Positions 20,172 through 29,339 of a stretch of 64,000 nt of DNA are shown here, in pieces. Under the pieces are notes generated by a model. That model did not search any database, had not been told where the DNA came from, and saw only the letters and a list, made by a program, of their open reading frames with translations. This stretch comes from Actinomycetes bacterium. Its GTDB lineage: Bacteria > Actinomycetota > Thermoleophilia > Gaiellales > Gaiellaceae. The stretch lies in NCBI GenBank assembly GCA_025358355.1, contig JANYJX010000014.1, positions 2,893-66,892 on the forward strand. Direction: 5' to 3'. How positions within the stretch are numbered: the stretch's first letter is position 1; each line of letters opens with the position of its first letter. A program made the position numbers and the translations under genes.

Positions 20172-22088
20172 TTATCCGCAGACGCGGTCGTTGTTGACCG
20201 CGTCGCGCGCCTGATCGAGCTCGCCGCGCTTCGTCCATTCGCTGCCGTTCGGGTCGAGCGTGTACGCGTGGTTGAACGCGGTGTACGCGGCGCAGAGATC
20301 CTTCGAGCCGTAGAACTCGAACTGGCCGAGCCGGTACCACGTGCTCGTGTTCTCGGGTTGGAGGCGCGTCGCCTGCTGGAAGCGCGCCCGCGCGGTCGGA
20401 ATGTCGCCCGCGCGCGCCGCGGCCTCGCCGAGTGTGTAGAGCGACTCCGGCCGAAGCGGGTTCAGGCTCCGCGCGCTGTTCGCGTCGGATACAGCTTGCT
20501 CGAGCTGGGCGGCGTCGATCCCGCGTGTCGCCGAATCGAGCTTCCGCGCCGCGAGCCACGGCGAGCCGAGCGAGACGACAGCCGCTACGGCGAATCCTGC
20601 CACTGCAATCGGCACGACGATGCCGCCACCAGCCGGGCGTAGCGGGCGCCCCCCGCCGAGCAGCACGCCGGTCACGAGCAGCGCCGGCCCGGTGAGCGCG
20701 AGAAAGTCGAGATCGAAGTCGACAAGTGCATGTGCCGCGTAGACGACGGGCAATGCAACCAGCGCGACGGCTGCGGCGTGCTCTTCGCCTTCGAGCCGGC
20801 GCCGCGCGCGCACGATCCCGAGCCCCGCGGCACCGACGAACACGACGAGCAGCGCGCCTCCCACGATTCCCGTGTCGGCGAGGATCTGAAGCGGCACCGA
20901 GTGCGGCTCGGTGACGGAATCCGCGTCGCGTCGCACCTGTGTTCGCGCGATCGCGAACGTGCCCGCACCCGAGCCGCCCAGCGGATGGTCGGCGAAGATC
21001 CGCGCCGCCTCGCGCCACCACTGCAGCCGGTTGTTCGCGCAGAGCGAGCCGACGCGCCCGGGGTCGTTCACGCACTCGCCGCCCGAGAACCGATGTGACC
21101 CGGCGGCAACGCCGATGCCGGCGACGACTGCGACGATCGCGAGAGCGGCGAGCGCGCGCGCGAAGAGCCGCTCGCGGCCGACCGCAAACCGCGGGAGCCA
21201 CAAGCTCGCGACGATGGCGGCGCCGGCCTCGACAACGGCGAGCACCCCGAAAATCGCTCCGTCGTGGACGCGTCCCGCATGCGCGACGCCAGTGCCGACG
21301 AGCGCCGGTCGGGTGAAAACCCAGCCCGCCACGAGCGCCGCCGGCACACCCGCGCCGACCGCCACCAGCGCACTCTCGAGCCGACTACGACCGAGCCAGA
21401 GCCACAACCCAAGCGCAGGCACGGCACCGATCACGCCTGCCCGCGACGACGTGAGCAGGACGACGAGCACTGAGACGTAGACGACCAACGTCCCGGCCAC
21501 GCGCTGCGCGATTCGGCCCGCAACAGCGAGCCACAGCCCAAGCGCGACCCCCGCATCCGCCAGCAGCGCGAGCCCGTTCGCGTACCCGATCGGGCTCTGC
21601 AGCCGCCCGACACCGAGCAGATCCGACGGCCCGAGCGATGGGATCGCCTTACCGAGCAGCGCGAACACAAGCGCCGCGCCGATCACCGCCGCCAGCAGGC
21701 TTGCCACGGTCCGCGTCGTACGTGTCCCGAAGGAGCAGAGCGCCAGCCCGACGACGAAGAACCCCGCATACGCGATGCCTTTGTTCAACGCCGACCACGA
21801 GTGGTCGCCTGCGACCGACCAGGCGATCGAGATCCCCGTCCACGCGATGAGGCCGACGACCCCTGCTAGCGTGACGCGAGTTGTGCCGCCGATCTCCGGC
21901 AGGTCGATCAGGCCAAGGCTCCGCGCTACCAGAGCAGCGGCCGCGAGCAACGCCGCAGCGCCTCCGACCCAGAGCACATTCGAGTCACCGGAGCCGCCGC
22001 CGAAAAACACGGCGGCAAACACGAGGCCCGCGCTGAGGAGCGCTAACCCGACTGCAACCGGCCGACTCGTCCGCGCGGCGTCGTCCAT
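20172..22088 (-). CDS. O-antigen ligase-like membrane protein with C-terminal TPR
   Basis: RLQSPIGYANG, LTSSRAG, HPLGGSGAGTF and EPHSVPLQILADTG motifs (Wzy_C-like); helical TPR-like tail. Confidence 0.8.
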   Translation of the reverse strand: MDDAARTSRPVAVGLALLSAGLVFAAVFFGGGSGDSNVLWVGGAAALLAAAALVARSLGLIDLPEIGGTTRVTLAGVVGLIAWTGISIAWSVAGDHSWSALNKGIAYAGFFVVGLALCSFGTRTTRTVASLLAAVIGAALVFALLGKAIPSLGPSDLLGVGRLQSPIGYANGLALLADAGVALGLWLAVAGRIAQRVAGTLVVYVSVLVVLLTSSRAGVIGAVPALGLWLWLGRSRLESALVAVGAGVPAALVAGWVFTRPALVGTGVAHAGRVHDGAIFGVLAVVEAGAAIVASLWLPRFAVGRERLFARALAALAIVAVVAGIGVAAGSHRFSGGECVNDPGRVGSLCANNRLQWWREAARIFADHPLGGSGAGTFAIARTQVRRDADSVTEPHSVPLQILADTGIVGGALLVVFVGAAGLGIVRARRRLEGEEHAAAVALVALPVVYAAHALVDFDLDFLALTGPALLVTGVLLGGGRPLRPAGGGIVVPIAVAGFAVAAVVSLGSPWLAARKLDSATRGIDAAQLEQAVSDANSARSLNPLRPESLYTLGEAAARAGDIPTARARFQQATRLQPENTSTWYRLGQFEFYGSKDLCAAYTAFNHAYTLDPNGSEWTKRGELDQARDAVNNDRVCG

Positions 22089-22289
22089 GCGCGGCCACGC
22101 TAGCACCGCCCACGGGCGCTCCATTCCGGCTCGCGTCCGGCCCAGCGACCAGGGACGTGGCTGCGACAGCCACGTCAGTTCGGCCCACCGCCGTCCATAC
22201 AATTCGTTTACCCTCCTCGTACTATCGGCTCAAGGCCAGCCGGGAGACTCCCTCGAAGCCGCCGTTCGGCTCCCGCACCACCTCCGCCT

Positions 22290-22889
22290 ATGAACCTGTC
22301 TCTCTCCGCCAACAGCCGCCGTGTGGCCTTCGCCGCGTTCGTCGTTCTGCTCGCGGTCGCCGGCCTGATCGCCGCCACACCCGCGTCGGCATCGTCCGCG
22401 GCATCGGCGAAGGCAAAGGGCTGCGCAGGACAAGTCGTGTCCGATTGGTTCAACCACGCGGACCACAAAGTGCACGGGCATTACCCGCTGCACTGCTACC
22501 AGGATGCGCTCAACAGCCTCGACTCATCCGTCGAGGACTACACGAATGCCAAGCAAGCGATCTCGGCCGCGCTCGCGGCAGAAGCCGTCCGCTGCAAGAC
22601 CAACTGCGGCCCGCCGAGCTCAGGCAATGGCCCAGAGAGCTCGGTCGTTCAGCCGGGCGAGAAGCCGATCGCACGCCACAACACCTACGACTTTGGTGGT
22701 CGCCCGGTCATCGAGCCCCCGCAAGTGACGCCGCCGGTCAACACCTCGAGCCCGTCGTCAGTACCTCTGCCGCTGATCATCCTCGCCGCGCTCGCCGGGA
22801 TTCTCCTCCTGGCCGGGGCCGGCAGCTATATCGCGCGTCGCCTCAAGGCGAACCGCCCAGCACCGCCCGCCACCGACACTTCGTCCTGA
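22290..22889 (+). CDS. Secreted, C-terminally membrane-anchored hypothetical protein
   Basis: Signal peptide, four Cys, Pro-rich linker, then VPLP + TM + RRLK. Confidence 0.7.
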   Translation: MNLSLSANSRRVAFAAFVVLLAVAGLIAATPASASSAASAKAKGCAGQVVSDWFNHADHKVHGHYPLHCYQDALNSLDSSVEDYTNAKQAISAALAAEAVRCKTNCGPPSSGNGPESSVVQPGEKPIARHNTYDFGGRPVIEPPQVTPPVNTSSPSSVPLPLIILAALAGILLLAGAGSYIARRLKANRPAPPATDTSS

Positions 22890-23084
22890 TCGGACGCCGG
22901 GACTTCCCCGGTAGAATGTGGCCTACAAGAGAGAAACCTGCTGTTTAGCAGGCTTTCCCTTACCGTCCGATTCACGTCCTAGCATGGCCGGTCCGCTCGC
23001 ACGACGCCTTCAGGGGTTTGCCGAGCGAAATTTCAACTCTGTGTTTTCAACCCTGTGCTGTGACGCACCGCTCGGGAGGACGAG

Positions 23085-25865
23085 ATGGCGACCGCTAAGA
23101 CGCAAGGCACGAGCTCCAGCACCACCCCCGCCGAAACCACGGCGGAGTACGTCAACGCCGTCGTTGACGCGGGAGCGCATGTCGCTCCGCGCCGCTTCTT
23201 CACGATCCCGGGCCGCGACCCGTTCGACGAGATCGAGTGGGAGCTCCGTGACGCGCTGATCCCGGGCAAGGACGGCCCGGCGTTCGAGCAGCGAAACGTC
23301 GAGTTCCCCAAGTTCTGGTCGCAGACGGCCACCAACATCGTCGCGCAGAAGTACTTCCGCGGCCGGCTCTCCTCGCCTGAGCGCGAACGTTCCGTCAAGC
23401 AGATGGTCGGCCGTGTCGTCAACACGATCGGCGGCTGGGGCCGCGCGGGCGGTTACTTCGCGACCGACGACGAGGCCGACACGTTCGAGGCCGAGCTGAA
23501 GGCGATCCTGGTCAACCAGTACGCCTCGTTCAACTCGCCGGTCTGGTTCAACGTCGGCTTCGAGGAGAAGCCGCAGTGCTCCGCGTGCTTCATCCTCTCG
23601 ATCGAGGACTCGATGGACTCGATCCTCGACTGGATCCGGCGCGAAGGCGTGATCTTCCGCGGCGGCTCCGGCTCGGGCGTCAACCTCTCGCGGCTGCGCT
23701 CATCGAAGGAGCAGCTCTCGAAGGGTGGCTACGCGTCGGGCCCGGTCAGCTTCATGCGCGGCGCCGATGCGTCGGCCGGCACGATCAAGTCGGGCGGCAA
23801 GACACGGCGAGCGGCGAAGATGGTCGCCCTCGACATCGACCATCCGGACGTCGAAGAGTTCATCTGGTGCAAGGCCAAGGAAGAGCGCAAGGCGCGCGTC
23901 CTCGAGCAGGCGGGCTACGACATGTCGCTCGACTCGCCCGACTGGTCGTCGATTCAGTACCAGAACGCGAACAACTCGGTGCGTGTCACAGATGCCTTCA
24001 TGGAAGCGGTCGTCGAGGGCAAGGACTGGAACCTCACCGCCCGCACCGACGGCTCCGTCGTCGACACGATCGACGCGCGCAGCCTTATGCGCGCCATCGC
24101 CGAGGCGTCGTGGCAGTGCGCCGATCCGGGTGTGCAGTACGACACGACGATCAACGCGTGGCACACGCTGCCGAACACCGCGCGGATCAACGCGTCGAAC
24201 CCGTGTAGCGAATACATGTCGATCGACGACAGCGCCTGCAACCTCGCGTCGCTCAACCTGATGAAGTTCCGCAAGGAGGACGGCGAGCTCGACGTCGAGA
24301 TGCTCGAGCACGCGGTCGACGTGATGTTCCTCGCGCAGGAGATCGCCGTCGGCTACTCCTCGTATCCGACGCCTGAGATCGGCCGCAACGCCGTCCGGTT
24401 CCGTCAGCTCGGGTTGGGCTACGCGAACCTCGGCGCGCTGCTGATGGCGCGGAGCTTCCCGTACGACTCCGACGGCGGCCGTGCGTATGCCGCCGCGATC
24501 ACTGCGTTGATGACGGGCCGCGCGTACCGCAAGTCGGCCGAGATCGCGAAGCGGATGGGCTCGTTCGACGGTTACCGCGAGAACGCCGCAGCGATGATCG
24601 GCGTGATCGCGAAGCACCGTGCCGCCGTTGGGAACATCGACCACGCAAGCTCCGTGCCGGCCGATCTGCTCGGCGCGGCGCGCAAGGCCTGGGACGACGC
24701 GCTCGACCTCGGCGAGGTCGCCGGCTTCCGCAACGCGCAGTCGACGGTGCTCGCGCCGACCGGGACGATCAGCTTCATGATGGATTGCGACACGACTGGC
24801 GTGGAGCCCGACTTCTCACTGGTGAAGTCGAAGAAGCTCGTCGGCGGCGGCGAGATCACGATCGTCAACAAGACGGTGCCGATGGCGCTCGACAAGCTCG
24901 GCTACACGCCGAGCGAGGTCGACGACATCGTCGCGTTCATCGACGAGCGGAACACGGTCGTCGGCGCACCGCACCTGAAGACCGACCACTACCCGGTCTT
25001 CGACTGCGCGATCGGCGAGCGCGCGATCCACTACATGGGGCACGTGAAGATGATGGGCGCCGTCCAGCCGTTCATCTCGGGCGCGATCTCGAAGACGGTG
25101 AACCTGCCCGAGACGTCGACGATCGACGATGTCGGCCAGCTGCTGATCGAGGCGTGGCAGCTCGGTGTGAAGGCGATCGCGATCTACCGCGACAACTGCA
25201 AGGTCGCGCAGCCGCTGTCGGGCTCGAAGGACAAGAGCGAGGCTGGCATCGCCGGCACCTTGATTCCCATTGGCGTCCTGCCGCATCCGAAGCGGCGCCG
25301 CGTGCCCGAGGATCGCACTGAGGTCGGCCGCAAGTTCAAGGTCGGCGAGTACGAGGGCTACATCCACGTCGGCCTGTTCGACGATGGCACGCCGGGCGAC
25401 ATCTTTGTCGACATCGCGAAGGAGGGCACGACGCTCGCCGGCTTGATGAACTCGTTCATGATCTCCGTCTCGCTCGGCCTGCAGTACGGCGTGCCGCTCG
25501 AGGTGTACGTCTCGAAGTTCAGCCACATGCGCTTCGAGCCGTCGGGGATGACGAACGACGCCGACATCCGCGTCGCAAAGTCGATCGTCGACTACATCTT
25601 CCGCTGGATGGGCAAGAGGTTCCTGACGACCGACCAGCAGGAGGAAGCGGGCATCCTCACGGCCGAGGTGAAGGCGCGTCTCGCAGCCGCGTATGCGACG
25701 GGCGAAGCGGCGCCGGCGGCGCTCGAGCCCGCCCCGCCAGGCCAGACGGCGCTCTTCAACACGTGGGAAGACGCAGTCGAGTGCGCCAGGTGCGGCGGCA
25801 GCATGGTGAGGACCGGCAGCTGCTACACCTGCCGCGACTGCGGCACCAACACCGGCTGCTCGTAG
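23085..25865 (+). CDS. nrdJ: Vitamin B12-dependent (class II) ribonucleotide reductase
   Basis: QCSACFI, NASNPCSE, CNLASLNL, APTGTISF and ISKTVN motifs; C-terminal TSCPD-like domain and Zn ribbon ending GCS; GGAGG RBS. Confidence 0.95.
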   Translation: MATAKTQGTSSSTTPAETTAEYVNAVVDAGAHVAPRRFFTIPGRDPFDEIEWELRDALIPGKDGPAFEQRNVEFPKFWSQTATNIVAQKYFRGRLSSPERERSVKQMVGRVVNTIGGWGRAGGYFATDDEADTFEAELKAILVNQYASFNSPVWFNVGFEEKPQCSACFILSIEDSMDSILDWIRREGVIFRGGSGSGVNLSRLRSSKEQLSKGGYASGPVSFMRGADASAGTIKSGGKTRRAAKMVALDIDHPDVEEFIWCKAKEERKARVLEQAGYDMSLDSPDWSSIQYQNANNSVRVTDAFMEAVVEGKDWNLTARTDGSVVDTIDARSLMRAIAEASWQCADPGVQYDTTINAWHTLPNTARINASNPCSEYMSIDDSACNLASLNLMKFRKEDGELDVEMLEHAVDVMFLAQEIAVGYSSYPTPEIGRNAVRFRQLGLGYANLGALLMARSFPYDSDGGRAYAAAITALMTGRAYRKSAEIAKRMGSFDGYRENAAAMIGVIAKHRAAVGNIDHASSVPADLLGAARKAWDDALDLGEVAGFRNAQSTVLAPTGTISFMMDCDTTGVEPDFSLVKSKKLVGGGEITIVNKTVPMALDKLGYTPSEVDDIVAFIDERNTVVGAPHLKTDHYPVFDCAIGERAIHYMGHVKMMGAVQPFISGAISKTVNLPETSTIDDVGQLLIEAWQLGVKAIAIYRDNCKVAQPLSGSKDKSEAGIAGTLIPIGVLPHPKRRRVPEDRTEVGRKFKVGEYEGYIHVGLFDDGTPGDIFVDIAKEGTTLAGLMNSFMISVSLGLQYGVPLEVYVSKFSHMRFEPSGMTNDADIRVAKSIVDYIFRWMGKRFLTTDQQEEAGILTAEVKARLAAAYATGEAAPAALEPAPPGQTALFNTWEDAVECARCGGSMVRTGSCYTCRDCGTNTGCS

Positions 25866-25878
25866 CTTCAGACCGAAG

Positions 25879-25915
25879 ATGGTTGGAGGGCTAGCATCGC
25901 CGACCCTCCAACCAT
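25879..25915. terminator. Stem-loop between convergent genes, probable terminator
   Basis: Perfect 12-bp inverted repeat ATGGTTGGAGGG / CCCTCCAACCAT, 13 nt after the nrdJ stop. Confidence 0.65.
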
Positions 25916-25917
25916 GG

Positions 25918-26403
25918 TCATTCCCTGAGTTCTGAGACGCCGTGAGTTCCGACAACGATCACGCGCGGCAACCGATAGCGATATGCAAACTTCTCGACAG
26001 CTGAGCGACCGCTCGACTGGAACGCCTCTTTAGTCTCAGGCGGCGTCCTTGAACCTTGCATCTGAGCCGCCAAGGATCCAGAAACGCGTACCTCTACTTT
26101 GGCTACGTCACCGTTCCGATCAGCGTCTACGTACCAAGCTGAAGCTGCGTCGGCCCCTCTCCGAGGAGCACCTTCTCGCGAGGCGACTACTTGCCATCGC
26201 AGGTAGGGCTCTAGCTCGTCAACACGGAATCGCGCAGAGACACTTTCTAGGCGTTCGCCTCCCGCCCCCTGCACCGGCACTTCGACCACGGCGTGGGCGT
26301 CGTGAACTTCGAGAACCTCGCCCGGGACCCTATCGAGGCCCCACGGAACCCAGACTCCTTCACCAACGCGTGGCGGCATCTTGACCGAGTAGGCGTTCAC
26401 CAC
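25918..26403 (-). CDS. Hypothetical protein, N-terminal SH3/KOW-like beta domain
   Basis: PRVGEGVWVPWGLDRVPGEVLEV; overlaps the upstream HEPN gene by 7 nt. Confidence 0.55.
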   Translation of the reverse strand: MVNAYSVKMPPRVGEGVWVPWGLDRVPGEVLEVHDAHAVVEVPVQGAGGERLESVSARFRVDELEPYLRWQVVASREGAPRRGADAASAWYVDADRNGDVAKVEVRVSGSLAAQMQGSRTPPETKEAFQSSGRSAVEKFAYRYRLPRVIVVGTHGVSELRE

Positions 26404-26990
26404 GGAGTGTTCCGCCCAAACAAGTTCGAGAGGTGAACCGCAAGCACATTGTCCATGGTAGTCGCGAGTCCGCTCAGTGCACTTCTCCAGGATCTGACCG
26501 TGGCGAGAGTCGGGGGATAACCTTCACTGCGCAAGATGTCTAGCTCGTCCAACCGTGCGTGCGCTATCGCGTTCCGGGCACGGTTCAAGCGTTCGAGCTG
26601 CTGCTGCCGCACGGGTGTCCGCTCATCGCGGTTTGCGAGAGTAGGCCACCAGTCGACTCCGAGACGGCCAAACGCGTCTCCCAACGAACCAGGTTCGGCG
26701 TTTCCTCGGTCTAGCTTCAAGCCGACGGTGAGCGAGGTACGAACCGTTCTCTCTAGGCCAGGATTGCCGTTCGCAGCCCACTCGGCGAAAGTACCCACCC
26801 CCTCACCGTGGAGATCGCGAGCGAACCCTTGGAACTCAGCGGCGAGACGCAGGACAAGCGCCCAGTTGATTTGCTCGGTTCGGGTGCGGCGACCTCGTTC
26901 GGCACCGCCAACTCGCTCGTGAGCACCGAGTAGCTCGTCGAGCCGCCGGGCTCGCGCAACTCGCCAAGTGGAAAGAGCGGCTGATGCCAC
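26397..26990 (-). CDS. HEPN-domain protein (putative RNase)
   Basis: Helical 197-aa protein with the R-x4-H motif RNAIAH (26559-26576) and an upstream AEFQGF segment; TAGCCT 7 nt before GTG 26990. Confidence 0.7.
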   Translation of the reverse strand: MASAALSTWRVARARRLDELLGAHERVGGAERGRRTRTEQINWALVLRLAAEFQGFARDLHGEGVGTFAEWAANGNPGLERTVRTSLTVGLKLDRGNAEPGSLGDAFGRLGVDWWPTLANRDERTPVRQQQLERLNRARNAIAHARLDELDILRSEGYPPTLATVRSWRSALSGLATTMDNVLAVHLSNLFGRNTPW

Positions 26991-27075
26991 GGCACCGAGG
27001 CTAGCTACCGAGCGAGGACTATTCCATTGGTCACTTGTGACATGTCCTGTCGCCGCCGGTCGTAGGATCTGGGTC

Positions 27076-27972
27076 GTGCGCGATGAGGACATCCGCAGCT
27101 CGTGCTTCAATTCTCTTGCCGTGCTCTGCGCGCAGTTCGGTGACGACGTCCCGTACAAAGACGGCCTCGATCGCGGGTTCGCATTCCGGGGGACGCGCGT
27201 TCCGTTCTTGACCTACCAGAAGGGCATCTACCGGGCAGCCGCGCAACGCGGGCCGGCGGCGCTCTCGATCAACACGTCGTACGTCTCGCCGTACGAAGAC
27301 GAGCAGACAGACGCCGGCTTCCTCTACGCCTACCGCGCGGGGTCAATCGATCAGCCCGACAACCGGGCGCTCCGTGCGGCCTGCGAACTCCAGGTGCCGC
27401 TCGTCTACTTCATCGGCACACGACCTGGGTGGTACCGGCCTGTGTTCCCGTCCTACGTGATCGCCGACGATCCTGCCGCCCGTCGCGTCACCGTGGGCGT
27501 CGGCGTCATGGCCGGGCCGCTCGACGATCAAGAGGCCGTCATCGCCGAAGACCCGATCGAGCGCCGCTACGCAGTCCGTCAGACGAGAACGCGACTCCAT
27601 CAGGCACGGTTCCGTGGCCGAGTGTTGCCCGCGTACGGAAGTCAATGCGCGATCTGTCGGCTCAAGGAGGCGCGGCTCCTCGATGCCTCACACATCCTGG
27701 GCGACCTCGACGAGCGTGGCGACGCTGTCGTGAGCAACGGTCTCAGCCTGTGCTCGATCCACCACCGCGCGTTCGACCAAGACCTGGTTGGCGTCTCGCC
27801 GGACTACGAGGTTCGAGTCGCTCCGCGGCTCCTCGAAGATGAGGACGGACCAATGCTTGAGCTGCTCAAAGGCTTCAACGGTCAGCCGATCGTCGTACCT
27901 AAGCGCCGCAGCTGGCAGCCGGACCGGAACCGTCTGGCTGCCCGCTTTGACCGTTTCGTCGCGGCCTCCTGA
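27076..27972 (+). CDS. HNH endonuclease with SRA-like N-terminal domain (putative type IV restriction enzyme)
   Basis: CAIC...DASHI...NGLSLCSIHHRAFD HNH core; N-terminal PYEDE...YAYRAG...DNRAL. Confidence 0.8.
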   Translation: MRDEDIRSSCFNSLAVLCAQFGDDVPYKDGLDRGFAFRGTRVPFLTYQKGIYRAAAQRGPAALSINTSYVSPYEDEQTDAGFLYAYRAGSIDQPDNRALRAACELQVPLVYFIGTRPGWYRPVFPSYVIADDPAARRVTVGVGVMAGPLDDQEAVIAEDPIERRYAVRQTRTRLHQARFRGRVLPAYGSQCAICRLKEARLLDASHILGDLDERGDAVVSNGLSLCSIHHRAFDQDLVGVSPDYEVRVAPRLLEDEDGPMLELLKGFNGQPIVVPKRRSWQPDRNRLAARFDRFVAAS

Positions 27973-27982
27973 TCACTCGTAT

Positions 27983-28381
27983 CTAGCTGCAGACAACCGC
28001 CAAGGCGTCTGACAAGGATGCTGCTGCGTTCCGGAGATGAGGAATCGCTCGATTCGCGGCATCAGCGGCGTCTAACTCATCGGCTACATCAATGACAAGT
28101 GCCCGAAGCGCTGAGAGCGGCGCCTGCGCTTCGAGGGCCGCATCCTCGATGGGGTCGAGGCGCAGCACGGCCAAGGCCGCGTCGATCTGCTCGATCACGT
28201 ATGTCGCGCGCGCCGAGTCGACCGGCGGACACTGAAAGCGCAGCGTCCCGACCGCCCTGACCCTGGTCTCCTCCGATGTGGGAAGGGCGGCAGGATCGTC
28301 CAACGCCGTTCTCGCGCAGGACAGCGCATGCAGCGGATCGATCTCCATCCGATCCATCATGAGCTCAGTACCGGCCGACAT
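27983..28381 (-). CDS. Hypothetical helical protein
   Basis: ORF fills the gap; no recognisable motif; start uncertain. Confidence 0.35.
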   Translation of the reverse strand: MSAGTELMMDRMEIDPLHALSCARTALDDPAALPTSEETRVRAVGTLRFQCPPVDSARATYVIEQIDAALAVLRLDPIEDAALEAQAPLSALRALVIDVADELDAADAANRAIPHLRNAAASLSDALAVVCS

Positions 28382-28487
28382 TTCGGCTACCACGAGATGA
28401 CACACCCCAGTTCAAGCGAGCAAGCGCAATCACGTGCTCGGCCGGACTACCTGTCACGATCAGGGGCATGAACGAGGCAGCGGTTCT

Positions 28488-28694
28488 ATGACGATGCGAA
28501 CACGATCTGTCCAGCTATCCGACGCGGAGATCCATCTCCTTCGGGAGGCATTGGATTCTCACGAGTACTGGCAGCTCTCGGAAACGCAGGAACGCAACGA
28601 CGGCTACTCGATCGTTGAGGATGGCGCGAACGAGGAGATCGATGCCGTTCGGGCACTGGAATCGAAGCTCTGCAAGACAGCGGCGACGCCATAG
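28488..28694 (+). CDS. Small hypothetical protein
   Basis: MTMRTRSVQLSDAEIHLLREALDSHEYWQLS...; plausible composition, no motif. Confidence 0.45.
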   Translation: MTMRTRSVQLSDAEIHLLREALDSHEYWQLSETQERNDGYSIVEDGANEEIDAVRALESKLCKTAATP

Positions 28695-28756
28695 GTTGCG
28701 CGACCTATCGTCAGTGAGCAGCGGGCTCGGGCTCGACGGCGGTGTCTCCTAACGAC

Positions 28757-29326
28757 CTACGCCGAAAGCAGGTCGACGTCGTCGCGGAGCACTTTGGCAA
28801 CGGCGCGGCGTTCCGGCGTGCCGAGCCCCGGCACGCGAGCTCGCACCTCGAGTGCCGCGTTGAGAGCCGCGAGGAACTCCGCTCCCTCACCCACCGACAC
28901 CTCCTCGCCATGAGCTTCGCGTAGCCAGCGGGCCACGTCGCTCCACCGCCACAGGCGGGTTTTCGCATCGACCCACGCGACCGGCGTCGGGAAGTCGCCC
29001 GCGCCTCGCTTGCCCTCGATCAGCAGCCTGACGCTCTCCCGTGTGCGGCCGGCCCGCTCCGCGATCGCTGTCGCGCTGACAAGCTCGTCCGGCTCCACCC
29101 GCAGCACCTGGAGAGGCCGAACGGACTCAACCTGCTCGATCGCGTTCGTGACAGCCTCCGCCAAGCTCGGCGCCATGCGGTCGAATTCCCCGAGCTGAAC
29201 CGGGCCGCGCGTGCCGAAGAGGGCGTCGCTGCAGCCGGCCTCGTACAACCCGTCGATCACGTCTGGGCGGCTCAGGTCTGCGCCTGCGATCACGAGCGTG
29301 AAGCTGAATGTTCCCGGTTCAGACAT
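28757..29326 (-). CDS. HicB-like antitoxin / DNA-binding protein
   Basis: N-terminal alpha/beta segment (FDRMAPSLAEAVTNA) plus HTH LVSATAIAERAGRTRESVR and GDFPTP. Confidence 0.65.
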   Translation of the reverse strand: MSEPGTFSFTLVIAGADLSRPDVIDGLYEAGCSDALFGTRGPVQLGEFDRMAPSLAEAVTNAIEQVESVRPLQVLRVEPDELVSATAIAERAGRTRESVRLLIEGKRGAGDFPTPVAWVDAKTRLWRWSDVARWLREAHGEEVSVGEGAEFLAALNAALEVRARVPGLGTPERRAVAKVLRDDVDLLSA

Positions 29327-29339
29327 CTTTTTCGAGAAG

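Noticed and set aside
18072-21201. Long ORFs 18072-19661 (-) and 19627-21201 (-), and similar Arg/Ala-rich ORFs elsewhere
   Set aside because: These are high-GC shadow frames; only the tmk portion (18072-18668) has recognisable motifs
22851-22889. LPxTG sortase signal in the 22290 protein
   Set aside because: There is no LPxTG before the TM helix; PPATD lies after the membrane segment
23085-25865. Intein or intron in nrdJ; cobalamin riboswitch upstream
   Set aside because: The RNR motifs are contiguous with no splicing or LAGLIDADG motifs, and no B12-box is recognisable in 22890-23084
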